Shown here piece after piece: positions 50,501-64,000 of a stretch of DNA of 64,000 nucleotides. How positions within the stretch are numbered: the first letter of the stretch is position 1; every line of letters begins with the position of its first letter. This DNA comes from Squalus acanthias (lineage: Eukaryota). The DNA lies in NCBI GenBank assembly GCA_030390025.1, contig CM059431.1, positions 136,464,001-136,528,000 on the forward strand, read 5' to 3'. The translations under genes were made by a program, and so were the position numbers. The notes below the pieces were generated by a model, which saw only the letters and a program-made list of their open reading frames with translations, was not told the origin of the DNA and did not search any database.

Positions 50501-53500
50501 GAGTCATTGAGAATGAACTGCCTCTAACCGGGGACTGAAGAGTGAGAGATGGAGAATGAACTGTCTCTAATCGGGGACTGCAGAGTGAGACATGGAGAAT
50601 GACCTGTCTCGAACCGGGGACTGAAGAGAGAGACACGAAGAATGAACTGGCTCTAACTGGGGACTGAAGAGTGAGTCATGGAGAATGAACTACCTCTATA
50701 CCGGTGACTGAAGAGTGAGACATGGAGAATGAACTGTCTCGAACCGGGGACTGAAGAGTGAAACATGGAGAATGAACTGTCTCTAATCGGGGGCTGAAGA
50801 GCGAGACATGGAGAATGAACTGCCTCTAACCGGGGACTGAAGAGTGAGACATGGAGAATGAACTGTCTCTAATCGGGGGCTGAAGAGCGAGACATGGAGA
50901 ATGAACTACCTCTAACCGGGGACTGAAGAGTCAGACATGGAGAATTAAATGTCTCTAAATAGGGACTGACGAGTGAGACATGGAGAATGAACTGTCTCTA
51001 ACCGGGGATAGAAGAGCGAGACATGGAGAATGAACTGTCTCTAATCGGGAACTGAAAAGTGAGACATGGTGAATGAACTGTCTATAATCGGGGACTGAAG
51101 AGTGAGACATGGAGAATGAACTGTCTCTAATCGGGGACAGAAGAGTGAGACATGGTGAATTAACTGTCTCTAATCGGGGAGTGAAGAGTGAGTCATTGAG
51201 AATGAACTGCCTCTAACCGGGGACTGAAGAGTGAGACATGGAGAATGAACTGTCTCTAACTGGGGACTGAAGAGTGAGACATGGAGAATGAACTGTCTCT
51301 AACTGGGGACTGAAGAGTGAGACATGGAGAATGAACTGTCTCGAACCGGGGACTGAAGAGTGAGACATGAAGTATGAACTGCCTCTAACCGGGGACTGAA
51401 GAGTGAGACATGGAGAATGAACTGTCTCTAACCGGGGACTGAAGAGTGAGACATGGAGTATGAACTGTCTCTAACCGGGGATTGAAGAGTGAGACATGAA
51501 GAATGAACTGCCTCTAACTGGGGACTGAAGAGTGAGTCATGAAGAATGAACTGTCTCGAACCGGGGACTGAAGAGTGAGACATGGAGTATGAACTGTCTC
51601 TAACCGTCGACGGAGGAGCGAGAAATGGAGAATTAACAGGCTCCACCCAGGAATTAGAGAATGAGACATGTTGAATGAACTGCCTTTAAACGAGGAGAAT
51701 GATAAATGGAGAATGAACTGCCGCTAGCAGGGCAACGAAGAGAGAGACATGGAATATGAACTGTCAGTAACCAGGAACAGAAGAGCGAGGCATACAGTTT
51801 AAGCTCCTTCTAACTGGGGACTGAAGAGCGAGACATGGAGAATGAATTGTCTCTAACCGGGGACTGAAGAGTGTGACATGGAGAATGAACTGCCTCTAAC
51901 CAGAGACTGAAGAGCGAGAAATGGAGAATGAACTGCCTCTAACCGGGGACTGAAGAGTGTGACATGGAGAATGAACTGCCTGTAACCGGGGACTGAAGAG
52001 TGAGATATGTAGAATGAACTGCCTCTAACCGGGGACTGGAGAGTGTGACATGGAGAATGAACTGCCTCTAACCAGAGACTGAAGAGTGAGACATGGTGAA
52101 TGAACTGCCCCTAACTGGGGACTGAAGAGACAGACGTGGAGAATTAAATGTCTCTAATCGGGGACTGAAGAGTGAGACATGGAGAAGGACCTAACTCGAA
52201 CCGGGGACTGAAGAGAGAGACATGGAGAATGAACTGTCTCTAACTGGGGACTGAAGAGTGAGACATGGAGAATGAACTGTCTCTAATCGGGACTGAAGTG
52301 TGAGACATGGAGAATGAACTGTCTCTAAATAGGGACTGACGAGTGAGACATGGAGAATGAACTGTCTCTAAATAGGGAATGACGAGTGAGACATGGAGAA
52401 TGAACTGTCCTTAATCGGGAACTGAAGAGTGAGACATGGTGAATGAAATGTCTCTAATCGAGGGCTTTGCGAGTGAGACATGGAGAATGAACTGCCTCTA
52501 ACTGGGGCTGAAGTGTCAGACATGGAGAATTAATTGTCTCGAACCGGGGACTGAAGAGTGAGACATGGAGAATGACATGTCTCGAACCGTGGACTGAAGA
52601 GTGAGACATGAAGAATGAACTGTCTCTAACTGGGGACTGAAGAGTGAGTCATGGAGAATGAACTGCCTCTATACCGGGGACTAAAGAGTGAGACATGGAG
52701 AATGAACTGTCTCGAACCGGGGACTGAAGAGAGATACATGGTGAATGAACTGTCTCTAATCGGGGACTGAAGAGTGAGACATGGAGAATGAACTGTCTCT
52801 AATCGGGGACTGAAGAGTGAGACATGGTGAATGAACTGTCTCTAATCGGGGACTGAATACTGAGTCATGGAGAATGAACTGCCTCTAACCGGGGACTGAA
52901 GAGTGAGACATGGAGAATGATCTGCCTCTAACTGGGGAGTGAAGAGTGAGACATGGAGAATGAACTGTCTCGAACCGGGGACTGAAGAGTGAGACCTGGA
53001 GTATGAACTGTCTCTAACTGGGGACTGAAGAGTGAGTCATGGAGAATGAACTGTCTCGAACCGGGGACTGAAGAGTGAGACATGGAGTATGAACTGTCTC
53101 TAACCGTGGACGGAGGAGCAAGAAATGGTGAATTAACAGGCTCCACCCAGGGATTAGAGAAAGAGACATGTTGAATGAACTGCCTTTAAACGAGGAGAAT
53201 GATAAATGGAGAATGAACTGCCACAAGCAGGGAAACAAAGAGAGATACATGGAATATGAACTGTCAGTAACCAGGAACAGAAGAGCGAGGCATACAGTTT
53301 AAGCTCCCTCTAACCGGGGACTGAAGAGCGAGACATGGAGAATGAACTGTCTCTAACCGGGGACTGAAGAGTGAGACATGGAGAATGAACTGCCTCTAAG
53401 CGGGGACTGAAGAGTGTGACATGGAGAATGAACTGTCTGTAACCGGGGACTGAAGAGTGAGACATGGAGAATGAACTGCCTCTAACCAGAGACTGAAGAG

Positions 53501-56500
53501 CGAGACATGGAGAATGAACTGCCTCTAACCGGGTACTGAAGAGTGTGACATGGAGAATGAACTGTCTGTAACCGGGGACTGAGGAGTGAGACATGGAGAA
53601 TGCGCTGCCTCTAACCGGGGATTGAAGAGTGTGACATGGAGAATGAACTGCCTCTAACCAGAGACTGAAGAGTGAGACATGGAGAATGAACTGCCTCTAA
53701 CTGGTGACTGAAGAGTCAGACGTGGAGAATTAAATATCTCTAATCGGGGACTGAAGAGTGAGACATGGAGAATGACCTAACTCGAACCGGGGACTGAAGA
53801 GAGAGACATGGAGAAAGAACTGTCTCTAACTGGGGACTGAAGAGTGAGTCATGGAGAATGAACTGTCTCTAATCGGGGGCTGAAGTGTGAGACATGGAGA
53901 ATGAGCAGTCTCGAACCGGGGACTGAAGAGTGAGACATGGAGTATGAACTGTCTCTAACCGTGGACGGAGGAGCGAGAAATGGAGAATTAACAGGCTCCA
54001 CCCAGGGATTAGAGAATGAGACATGTTGAATGAACTGACTTTAAACGAGGAGAATGATAAATGGAGAATGAACTGCCGCTAGCAGGGCAACGAAGAGAGA
54101 GACATGGAATATGAACTGTCAGTAACCAGGAACAGAAGAGCGAGGCATACAGTTTAAGCTCCCTCTAACCGGGGACTGAAGAGCGAGACATGTAGAATGA
54201 ACTGTCTCTAAATAGGGACTGACGAGTGAGACATGGAGAATGAAATGTCTCTAACCGGGGATAGAAGAGTGAGACATGGAGAATTAAATATCTCTAAATA
54301 GGGACTGACGAGTGAGACATGGAGAATGAACTGTCTCTAACCGGGGATAGAAGAGTGAGACATGGAGAATTAAATGTCTCTAACCGGGGATAGAAGAGTG
54401 AGACATGGATAATTAAATGTCTCTAATCGGGGACTGAAGAGTGAGACATGGTGAATGAACTGTCTCTAATCGGGGACTGAATACTGAGTCATGGAGAATG
54501 AACTGCCTCTAACTGGGGACTGAAGAGTGAGACATGGAGAATGATCTGCCTCTAACTGGGGAGTGAAGAGTGAGACATGGAGAATGAACTGTCTCGAACC
54601 GGGGACTGAAGAGTGAGACATGGAGTATGAACTGTCTCTAACTGGGGACTGACGAGTGAGTCATGGAGAATGAACTGTCTCGAACCGGGGACTGAAGAGT
54701 GAGACATGGAGTATGAACTGTCTCTAACCGGGGACTGAAGAGTGAGACATGGAGAATGAACTGTCTCTAACCGGGGACTGAAGAGTGAGACATGGATTAT
54801 GAACTGTCTCTAACCGGGGACTGAAGAGTGAGACATGAAGATTGAACTGTCTCTAACTGGGGACTGAAGAGTGAGTCATGAAGAATGAACTGGCGCTAAC
54901 CGTGGTCTGAAGAGTGAGACATGGAGAATGAACTGTCTCGAACCGGGGACTGAAGCGTGAGACATGGACTATGAACTGTCTCTAACCGTGGACGGAGGAG
55001 CGAGAAATGGTGAATTAACAGGCTCCACCCAGGGATTAGAGAAAGAGACATGTTGAATGAAATGCCTTTAAACGAGGAGAATGATAAATGGAGAATGAAC
55101 TGCCGCTAACAGGGAAACGAAGAGAGAGACATGGAATATGAACTGTCTGTAACCAGGAACAGAAGAGCGAGGCATACAGTTTAAGCTCCTTCTAACCGGG
55201 GACTGAAGAGCGAGACATGGAGAATGAACTGCATCTAACTGTGGACTGAAGAGTCAGACGTGGAGAATTAAATATCTCTAATCGGGGACTGAAGAGTGAG
55301 ACATGGAGAATGACCTAACTCGAACCGGGGACTGAAGAGAGAGACATGGAGAAAGAACTGTCTCTAACTGGGGACTGAAGAGTGAGTCATGGAGAATGAA
55401 TTGTCTCCAATCGGGGGCTGAAGTGTGAGACATGGAGAATGAACTGTCTCTAAATAGGGACTGACGAGTGAGACATGGAGAATTTACTGTCTCTAACCGG
55501 GGATAGAAGAGCGAGACATGGAGAATGAATTGCCTCTAACCGGGGACTGTAGAGTGAGACGTGGAGAATGAACTGTCTCTAACTGGGGACTGAAGAGTGA
55601 GTCATGGAGAATGAACTGCCTCTAATCGGGGACTGAAGAGTGAGACATGGAGAATGAACTGTCTCGAACCGCTGACTGAAGAGTGAGACATGGAGAATGA
55701 ACTGTCTCTAATCGGGGACTGAAGATTGAGACATGGAGAATGAACTGCCTCTAACCGGGGACTGAAGAATGAGTCATAGAGAATGAATTGCCTCAAACAG
55801 TAAACTGACGACCGAGACATGGAGAATGAACTGCCTCTAACAAGGGACTGAAGAGTGAGACATGGAGAATGAACTGCCTCTAACTGTGGAATGAAGAGCG
55901 AGACATTGAGAATGAAATGTCTCGATCCGGGGACTGAAGAGCGAGACATGGATAATTAAATGCCTCTAAATAGGGACTGATGACTGAGACATGGAGAATG
56001 AACTGTCTCTAATCGGGACTGAAGTGTGAAACATGGAGAATGAACTGTCTCTAAATAGGGACTGACGAGTGAGACATGGAGAATGAACTGTCTCTAACCG
56101 GGGATAGAAGAGTGAGAAATGGAGAATTAAATGTCTCTAACCGGGGATAGAAGAGTGAGACATGGAGAATTAAATGTCTCTAAATAGGGACTGACGAGTG
56201 AGACATGGAGAATGAACTGTCTCTAACCGGGGATAGAAGAGTGAGAAATGGAGAATTAAATGTCTCTAACCGGGGATAGAAGAGTGAGACATGGATAATT
56301 AAATGTCTCTAACCGGGGATAGAAGAGTGAGACATGGAGAATGAAATGTCTCTAATCGAGGGCTTTGCGAGTGAGACATGGAGAATGAACTGCCTCTAAC
56401 TGGGGCTGAAGTGTCAGACATGGAGAATTAATTGTCTCGAACCGGGGAATGAAGAGTGAGACATGGAGAATGAACTGTCTCTAATCGGGGACTGCAGAGT

Positions 56501-59500
56501 GAGACATGGAGAATGACCTGTCTCGAACCGGTGACTGAAGAGAGAGACACGAAGAATGAACTGTCTGGAACTGGGGACTGAAGAGTGAGTCATGGAGAAT
56601 GAACTGCCTCTATACCGGGGACTGAAGAGTGAGACATGGAGAATGACATGTCTCGAACCGGGGACTGAAGAGTGAGACATGGAGAATGAACTGCCTCTAT
56701 ACCGGGGACTGAAGAGTGAGACATGGAGAGTGAACTGTCTCGAACCGGGGACTGAAGAGTGAGACATGGAGAATGAACTGTCTCTAATCGGGGGCTGAAG
56801 AGCGAGACATGGAGAATGAACTGCCTCTAACCGGGGACTGAAGAGTGAGACATGGAGAATGAACTGTCTCTAATCGGGGGCTGAAGATCGAGACATGGAG
56901 AATGAACTGCCTCCAACCGGGGACTGAAGAGTCAGACATGGAGAATTAAATGTCTCTAAATAGGGACTGATGAGTGAGACATTGAGTATGAAATGTCTCT
57001 AATCGGGGGCTGAAGAGCGAGACATGGAGAATGAACTGTCTCTAATCGGGAACTGAAGAGTGAGACATGGTGAATGAACTGTCTCTAATCGGGGACTGAA
57101 GAGTGAGACATGGAGAATGAACTGTCTCTAATCGGGGACTGAAGAGTGAGACATGAAGATTGAACTGTCTCTAACTGGGGACTGAAGATTGAGTCATGAA
57201 GAATGAACTGGCGCTAACCGTGGACAGAAGAGTGATACATGGAGAATGAACTGTCTCGAACCGGGGACTGAAGAGTGAGACATGGAGTATGAACTGTCTC
57301 TAACCGTGGACGGAGGAGCGAGAAATGGTGAATTAACAGGCTCCACCGAGGGATTAGAGAAAGAGACATGTTGAATGAACTGCCGTTAAACGAGGAGAAT
57401 GATAAATGGAGAATGAACTGCCGCAAGCAGGGAAACAAAGAGAGAGACATGGAATATGAACTGTCAGTAACCAGGAACAGAAGAGCGAGGCATACAGTTT
57501 AAGCTCCCTCTAACCGGGGACTGAAGAGCGAGACATGGAGAATGAACTGTCTCTAACCGGGGACTGAAGAGTGAGACATGGAGAATGAACTGCATCTAAC
57601 CGGGGACTGAAGAGTGTGACATGGAGAATGAACTGTCTGTAACCGGGGACTGAAGAGTGAGACATGGAGAATGAACTGCCTCTAACCAGAGACTGAAGAG
57701 CGAGACATGGAGAATGAACTGCCTCTAACCGGGGACTGAAGAGTGTGACATGGAGAATGAACTGTCTGTAACCGGGGACTGAGGAGTGAGACATGGAGAA
57801 TGAACTGCCTCTAACCGGGGATTGAAGAGTGTGACATGGAGAATGAACTGCCTCTAACCAGAGACTGAAGAGTGAGACATGGAGAATGAACTGCCTCTAA
57901 CTGGGGACTGAAGAGTCAGACATGGAGAATGACCTAACTCGAACCGGGGACTGAAGAGTGAGTCATGGAGTATGAACTGTCTCTAATCGGGGGCTGAAGT
58001 GTGAGACATGGAGAATGAACTGTCTCTAAATAGGGACTGACGAGTGAGACATGGAGAATGAACTGTCTCTAACCGGGGATAGAAGAGTGAGACATGGTGA
58101 ATTAAATGTCTCTAAATAGGGACTGACGAGTGAGACATGGAGAATGAACTGTCTCTAACCGGGGAATGAAGAGTGAGACATGGAGAATGAACTGCCTCTA
58201 ACCGGGGAATGAAGAGCAAGACATGGAGAATGAACTGTCTCTAACCGGGGATGGATGAGTGAAAAATGGTGGATGAACTGTCTCTAACCGGGGACTGAAG
58301 AGTGAGACATGGAGAATGAACTGTCTCTAACCGGGGGCTGAAGAGCGAGACATGGAGAATGAACTGCCTCTGAACGGGGACTGAAGAGTGAGACATGCAG
58401 AATGAACATCCTTCAGCCAGGGAATGAAGAACTAGACATGAAGAATGAACTGCCTCTGAACGGGGACTGAAGAGTGAGACATTCAGAATGAATAGCCTTT
58501 AGCCAGGGAATGAAGAAATAGACATGGAGAATGGACTGCCTCTAACCGGGGACTGAAGAGCGAGACATGAAGATGAACTGCCTCTAACTGGGGACTGAAG
58601 AGCGAGACATGGAGAATGAACTGCCTCCAACCGGGGACTGAAGAGAGAGACATGGACAATGAACTGTGTCTAACCGGGGACTGAAGAGCGAGACATGAAG
58701 AATGAACTGCCTCTAACCGGGGACTGAAGAGCGAGACATGGAGAATGAACTGCCTCTAACCGGGGAGTAAAGAGCGAGACATGAAGAATGAAGTGGCCGC
58801 TAACAGCGGACTTATGAGCAAGACATGGAGAATGAACTGCCTCTAACCGCGGACTGAAGAGCAAGGCATGGAGAATGAACTGTCTCTAACTGTGGACGGA
58901 TGAGTGAAAAATGGAGAATGAACTGTCTCTAACCGGCGACTGAAGAGTGAGACATGGAGAATGAACTGTCTCTAACGGGGGCTGAAGAGCGAGACATGGA
59001 GAATGAACAGCCTCTGAACAGGGACTGAAGAGTGAGACATGCAGAATGAACATCCTTCAGCCAGGGACAGAAGAACTAGACATGGAGAATGAACTGCCTC
59101 TGAACGGGGACTGAAGAGTGAGACATTCAGAATGAATAGGCTTTAGCCAGGGAATGAAGAAATAGACATGGAGAATGAACTGTGTCTAACCAGGGACTGA
59201 AGAGCGAGATATGGAGAATGAACTGCCTCTAACCTGGGACTGAAGAGCGAGACATGAAGAATGAACTGCCTCTAACCGGGGTCTGAAGAGTGAGACATGG
59301 AGAAAGAACTGTCTCTAACTGGGAATGAAGAGCGGGACATGGAGAATGAACTGTCTCTAACTGGGGAATGAAGAGTGAGACATGGATAATGAACTGCTTC
59401 TAACCGGAGACTGAAGAGCGCGACATGGAGAATGAACAGCCCCGAACTGGGGACTGAAGACCGAGACATGGAGAATGAACTGTCTCTAACTGTTGATTGA

Positions 59501-60869
59501 AGAGTGTGACATGGAGAATGAACTGCCACAAACCGGGGACTGAAGAGCGAGACATGGAGAATGAAGTGCCTCCAACCGGGGACTGAAGAGCGACACATGG
59601 AGAATGAACTGCCTCGAACCGGGGAATGAAGATCAAGACATGGAGAATGAACTGCCTCTAACCGTGGACGAATGAGTGAAAGATGGAGAATGAACTCTCT
59701 CTAACATGGGACTGAAGAGTGAGACATGGAGAATGAACTGTCTCTAACCGGGGGCTGAAGAGCGAGACATGGAGAATGAATTGACTCTTACTGGTGACTG
59801 AAGAGTAAGACATGGAGAATGATCTGCCTCACCCCGGGAATGAAGAGTGAGACATGGAGACTGAACTGTCTCTAACCGGGAACTGAAGAGCGAGACATGG
59901 AGAACGAACTGCATCTAACCGTATACTGAAGAGCGAGACATGGAGAATGAACTGCCTCTAACCGTATACTGAAGAGCGAGACATGGAGAATGAACTGCCT
60001 CTAACCATAAACAGATGAGCGAGACATGGAGAATGAATTGTCTTTAACCGGTGGCTGAAGAGAGAGACATGGAGAATGAACTGCCTCTAATCGGGGACTG
60101 AAGAGCGAGACATTGAGAATGAACTGCCTCTAACTGGGGAATTAAGACCGAGACATGGAGACTGAACTGTCCCTAACCGGGGAAGGAAGAGTGAGACATG
60201 GGGAATGAACTGCCTCTAACCGTGGAATGATTCGTGAGATATTGAGAAGGAACTGTCTCTAACCGGGGACTGAAGAGCGAGACATGGAGAATGAACTGTC
60301 TCTAACTGGGGACTGAATAGTGAGACATGGAGAATGAACTGTCTCTAACCGGGGACTGAAGAGTCGAACATGGAGAATGAACTGCCTCTAACTGGGGACT
60401 GAAGAGCGAGACATGGAGAATGAACTGCCTCTAACCGGGGACTGAAGAGCGAGACATGGAGAATGAACAGTCTCTAACTGGGGACTGAAGAGTGAGACAT
60501 GGAGAATGAACTGTCTCTAAACGGGGAACTGAAGAGTTGAACATGGAGAATGAACTGCCTCTAAACGGGGACTGAAGAGCGAGACATGGAGAATGAACTA
60601 TCTCTAACTGGGGACTGAAGAGTGAGACATGGAGAATGAACTGCCTTTAACCAGGAATGAAGAGCGAGAGATGGAGAATGAAAAGCCTCTAACCGGGGAC
60701 TGAAGAGCGAGACATGGAGAATGAACTGACTCTAACCGGGGACTGAGGAGCGAGACATGGAGAATGAACTGTCTCTACCGGGGACTGAAGAGCGAAACAC
60801 GGAGAATGAACTGCCTCTAACTGGGGAATGAAGAGCGAGACATGGAGAATGAAATGTTTCTAACCGGCG

Positions 60870-61520
60870 ACTGAAGAGTGAGACATGGAGAATGAACTGC
60901 CTCTAACCGGGGACTGAAGAGCGAGACATGGAGAATGAACTGCCTCTATCCGGGTAATGACGAGCGAGACATGGAGAATGAACTGCCTCTATCCGGGGAC
61001 TGAAGAGTGCGATATGGAAAATGAACTGACTCTAATCAGTGACAGAACAGCGAGACATGGCGAATGAACTGTCTCTAACCGGGGACTGAAGAGTGAGACA
61101 TGGAGAATGAACTGCCTCTAACCGGGGACTGAAGAGCGAGACATGGAGAATGAACTGCCTCTATCCGGGTAATGACGAGCGAGACATGGAGAATGAACTG
61201 CCTCTATCCGGGGACTGAAGAGTGCGATATGGAAAATGAACTGACTCTAATCAGTGACAGAACAGCGAGACATGGCGAATGAACTGTCTCTAACCGGGGA
61301 CTGAAGAGTGAGACATGGAGAATGAACTGCCTCTAACCGGGGACTGAAGAGCGAGACATGGAGAATGAACTGCCTCTATCCGGGTAATGACGAGCGAGAC
61401 ATGGAGAATGAACTGCCTCTATCCGGGGACTGAAGAGTGCTATATGGAAAATGAACTGACTCTAATCAGTGACAGAACAGCGAGACATGGAGAATGAACT
61501 GTCTCTAACCGGGGACTGAA
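60870..61520. repeat. 215-bp (5-monomer) higher-order repeat x3
   Basis: Marker GACAGAACAGCGAGAC at 61041, 61256, 61471. Confidence 0.92.
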
Positions 61521-64000
61521 GAGTGAGACATGGAGAATGAACTGTCTCTAACCGGGGACTGAAGAGTGAGACATGGAGAATGAACTGTCTCTAACCGGGG
61601 AATGAAGAGCAAGACATGGAGAATGAACTGCCTGAATCTGGGGAAAGAAGAGCGAGACATGGACAATGAATTGTCTCTAACCGGGGAATGAAGCGCAAGA
61701 TATGGAGTTTGAACTGCCTCAAACTGGGGACTGAAGAGTGAGATATGGAGAATGAACTGTCTCTAAATGTGGAATGAAGAGCGAGACATGGAGAATGAAC
61801 TGCCTCTAACCGGGGAGTGAAGAGCGAGACATGAAGAATGAACTGCCTCTAACAGCGGACTTATGAGCAAGACATGGAAAATGAACTGCCTCTAACCGGA
61901 GAATGAAGAGTGATACATGGAGAATGAACTGCCTCTAACCGGGGAATGAAGAGCAAGACATGGAGAATGAACTGTCTCTAACCGTGGATGGATGAGTGAA
62001 AAATGGTGGATGAACTGTCTCTAACCGGGGACTGAAGAGTGAGACATGGAGAATGAACTGTCTCTAACCGGGGGCTGAAGAGCGAGACATGGAGAATGAA
62101 TTGCCTCTAACCGGGGACTGAAGAGCGAGACATGGAGAATGAAATCTCTCTATCCGGCGACTGAAGAGTGAGACATGGAGAATGAACTGCCTCTATCCGG
62201 GGAATGACGAGTGAGACATGGAGAATGAACTGCCTCCATCCGAGGACTGAAGAGTGTGATATGGAAAATGAACTGCCTCTAATCGGGGACAGAAGAGCGA
62301 GACATGGAGAATGAAGTGTCTTTAACCGGGAACTGAAGAGTGAGACATGGAGAATGAACTGTTCTAAACGGGGACTGAGAAGTGAGACATGGAGAATGAA
62401 CTGTCTCTAACCGGGGAATGAAGAGCAAGACATGGAGAATGAACTGCCTGAATCCGGGGAAAGAAGAGCGAGACATGGAGAATAAATTGTCTCGAACTGG
62501 GGACTGAAGAGTGAGACATGGTGAACGAATTGTCTCTAACCGGGGAATGAAGCGCGAGATATGGAGAATGAACTGCCTCAAACTGGGGACTGAAGAGTGA
62601 GATATGGCGAAAGAACTGTCTATAAATGAGGAATGAAGAGCGAGACATGGAGAATGAACTGCCTCTAACCGGGGATTGAAGAGCGAGACATGAAGAATGA
62701 ACTTCCTCTAACTGCGGACTGAAGAGCAAGACATGGAGACGGAACTGCCTCTAACGGGGGAATGAAGAGTGAGATATGGAGAATGAACTGCCTCAAACTG
62801 GGGACTGAAGTGTGAGATATGGAGAATGAACTGTCTCTAACTGAGGAATGAAGAGCGAGACATGGAGAATGAACTGCCCCTAACCGGGGAGTGAAGAGCG
62901 AGACATGAAGAATGAACTTCCTCTAACAGCGGACTGAAGAGCAAGACTTGGAGAATGAACTGCCTCTAACCGGGGAATGAAGAGTGAGACATAGAGAATG
63001 AACTGTCTCTAACCGTGGACGGAAGAGTGAAAAATGGAGAATGAACTGTCTCTAACCGGGGACTGAAGAGTGAGACATGGAGAATGAACTGCCTCTAACC
63101 GGGGAATGAAGAGTGAGACTTGGAGAATGAACTGCCTCTAACCGCGGACTGAAGAGCAAGACATGGAGAATGAACTGTCTCTAACCGTGGATGGATGAGT
63201 GAAACATGGAGAATGAACTGTCTCTAGCCGGGGACTGAAGAGTGAGACATGGAGAATGAACTGTCTCTAACCGGGGGCTGAAGAGCGAAACATGGCAAAT
63301 GAACTGCCTCTGAACGGCGACTGAAGAGTGAGACATGCAGAATGAACATCCTTCAGCAAGGGAATGAAGAACTAGACATGGAGAATGAAGTGCCTCTGAA
63401 CGGGGACTGAAGAGTGAGACATTCAGAATGAATAGCCTTTTGCCAGGGAATAAAGAAATAGACATGGAGAATGAACTGTCTCTAACCGGGGACTGAAGAG
63501 CGAGACATCCAGGTTAAATTGCCTCTAATTGCGGACAGAGGTGCGAGAAATGGAGTATTTTCTGTCTCCAACTGGTGTCTGAAGAGTGAAACATGGAGAA
63601 CGAACTTCCTCTATGTGGTGACCGGAGAGCGTGACAAGTGAAATCAACTGTCTATGCGGGGAATGAAGACAGTGACATGGAGAATGAACTGTCTCGAACC
63701 GCGGACGGAAGAGTGAAAAATGGAGAATGAACTGTCTCTAAGCGGGGACTGAAGAGTGAGACACGGAGAATGAACTGCCTCTAACCGGGGAATGAAGAGT
63801 GAGACTTGGAGAATGAACTGAATCTAACCGCGTACTGAAGAGCAATACATGGAGAATGAACATTCTCTAACCGTGGATGGATGAGTGAAAAATGGAGAAT
63901 GAACTGTCTCTAACCGGGGACTGAAGAGTGAGACATGGAGAATGAACTGTCTCTAACCGGGGGCTGAAGAGCGAGACATGGAGAATGAACAGCCTCTGAA

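Larger units (their letters stand above)
16340..64000. repeat. 43-bp tandem satellite array (runs off the right edge), interrupted by insertions between 17.3 and 24.9 kb
   Basis: Consensus ACCGGGGACTGAAGAGTGAGACATGGAGAATGAACTG(C/T)CTCTA; period 43 (e.g. TGCCTCT at 23581 and 23624). Confidence 0.99.

Noticed and set aside
23076..63465. Dozens of minus-strand ORFs (MSHSSVPG.., LHVSLFSPRLE..)
   Set aside because: These are translations of the 43-bp satellite cycling through three frames, usually ending at the recurring TAG; no protein homology or gene structure is evident
1..64000. CRISPR-like appearance of the short repeats
   Set aside because: Monomers are head-to-tail with no unique spacers, there are no cas genes, and the context is vertebrate
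16340..64000. CTGAAGA...GAA..GTC in each 43-bp monomer resembles a hammerhead core, as in newt satellite 2
   Set aside because: The intervening GTGAGACATGGAGAAT cannot form stem II, the second box is GAAC rather than GAAA, and stem I is at most 3 bp; an in vitro cleavage test would be needed to revive the idea
1..64000. Common origin of the 46-bp and 43-bp satellites
   Set aside because: No convincing alignment on either strand beyond short words such as GACAT

Overview
Repeat-dominated eukaryotic DNA, most likely from a cartilaginous fish (inferred from HE1-like V-SINE, HER1/CR1 LINEs, a DeuSINE and Penelope-like elements; not confirmed by search). It holds no intact host gene that I can recognise. 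Layout: a 46-bp satellite (1-~7880); a short unique island with a consensus CTCF site and a YY1-like/ATG motif (~7880-8380); a retroelement-rich spacer (~8390-16340) containing an inverted head-to-head Penelope pair with two nested LINEs and two minisatellites; and a 43-bp satellite (~16340 to the window end). The old left margin of the 43-bp array carries a duplicated CR1 fragment, a Penelope element with a young CR1 nested inside it, and a full-length SINE with a target-site duplication (TSD). Its core has no recognisable insertions and shows multi-kb higher-order duplications. The 691-aa ORF is a chimera of out-of-frame Penelope sequence and a 5'-truncated CR1 ORF2; the many minus-strand ORFs after 23 kb are satellite translations. 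Highlights: hammerhead-ribozyme cores in Penelope tails, an ORF1-less LINE with a tRNA/SINE-like Pol III head, a reconstructable insertion and duplication history, and an apparent preferred CR1/SINE insertion site within the 43-bp monomer.
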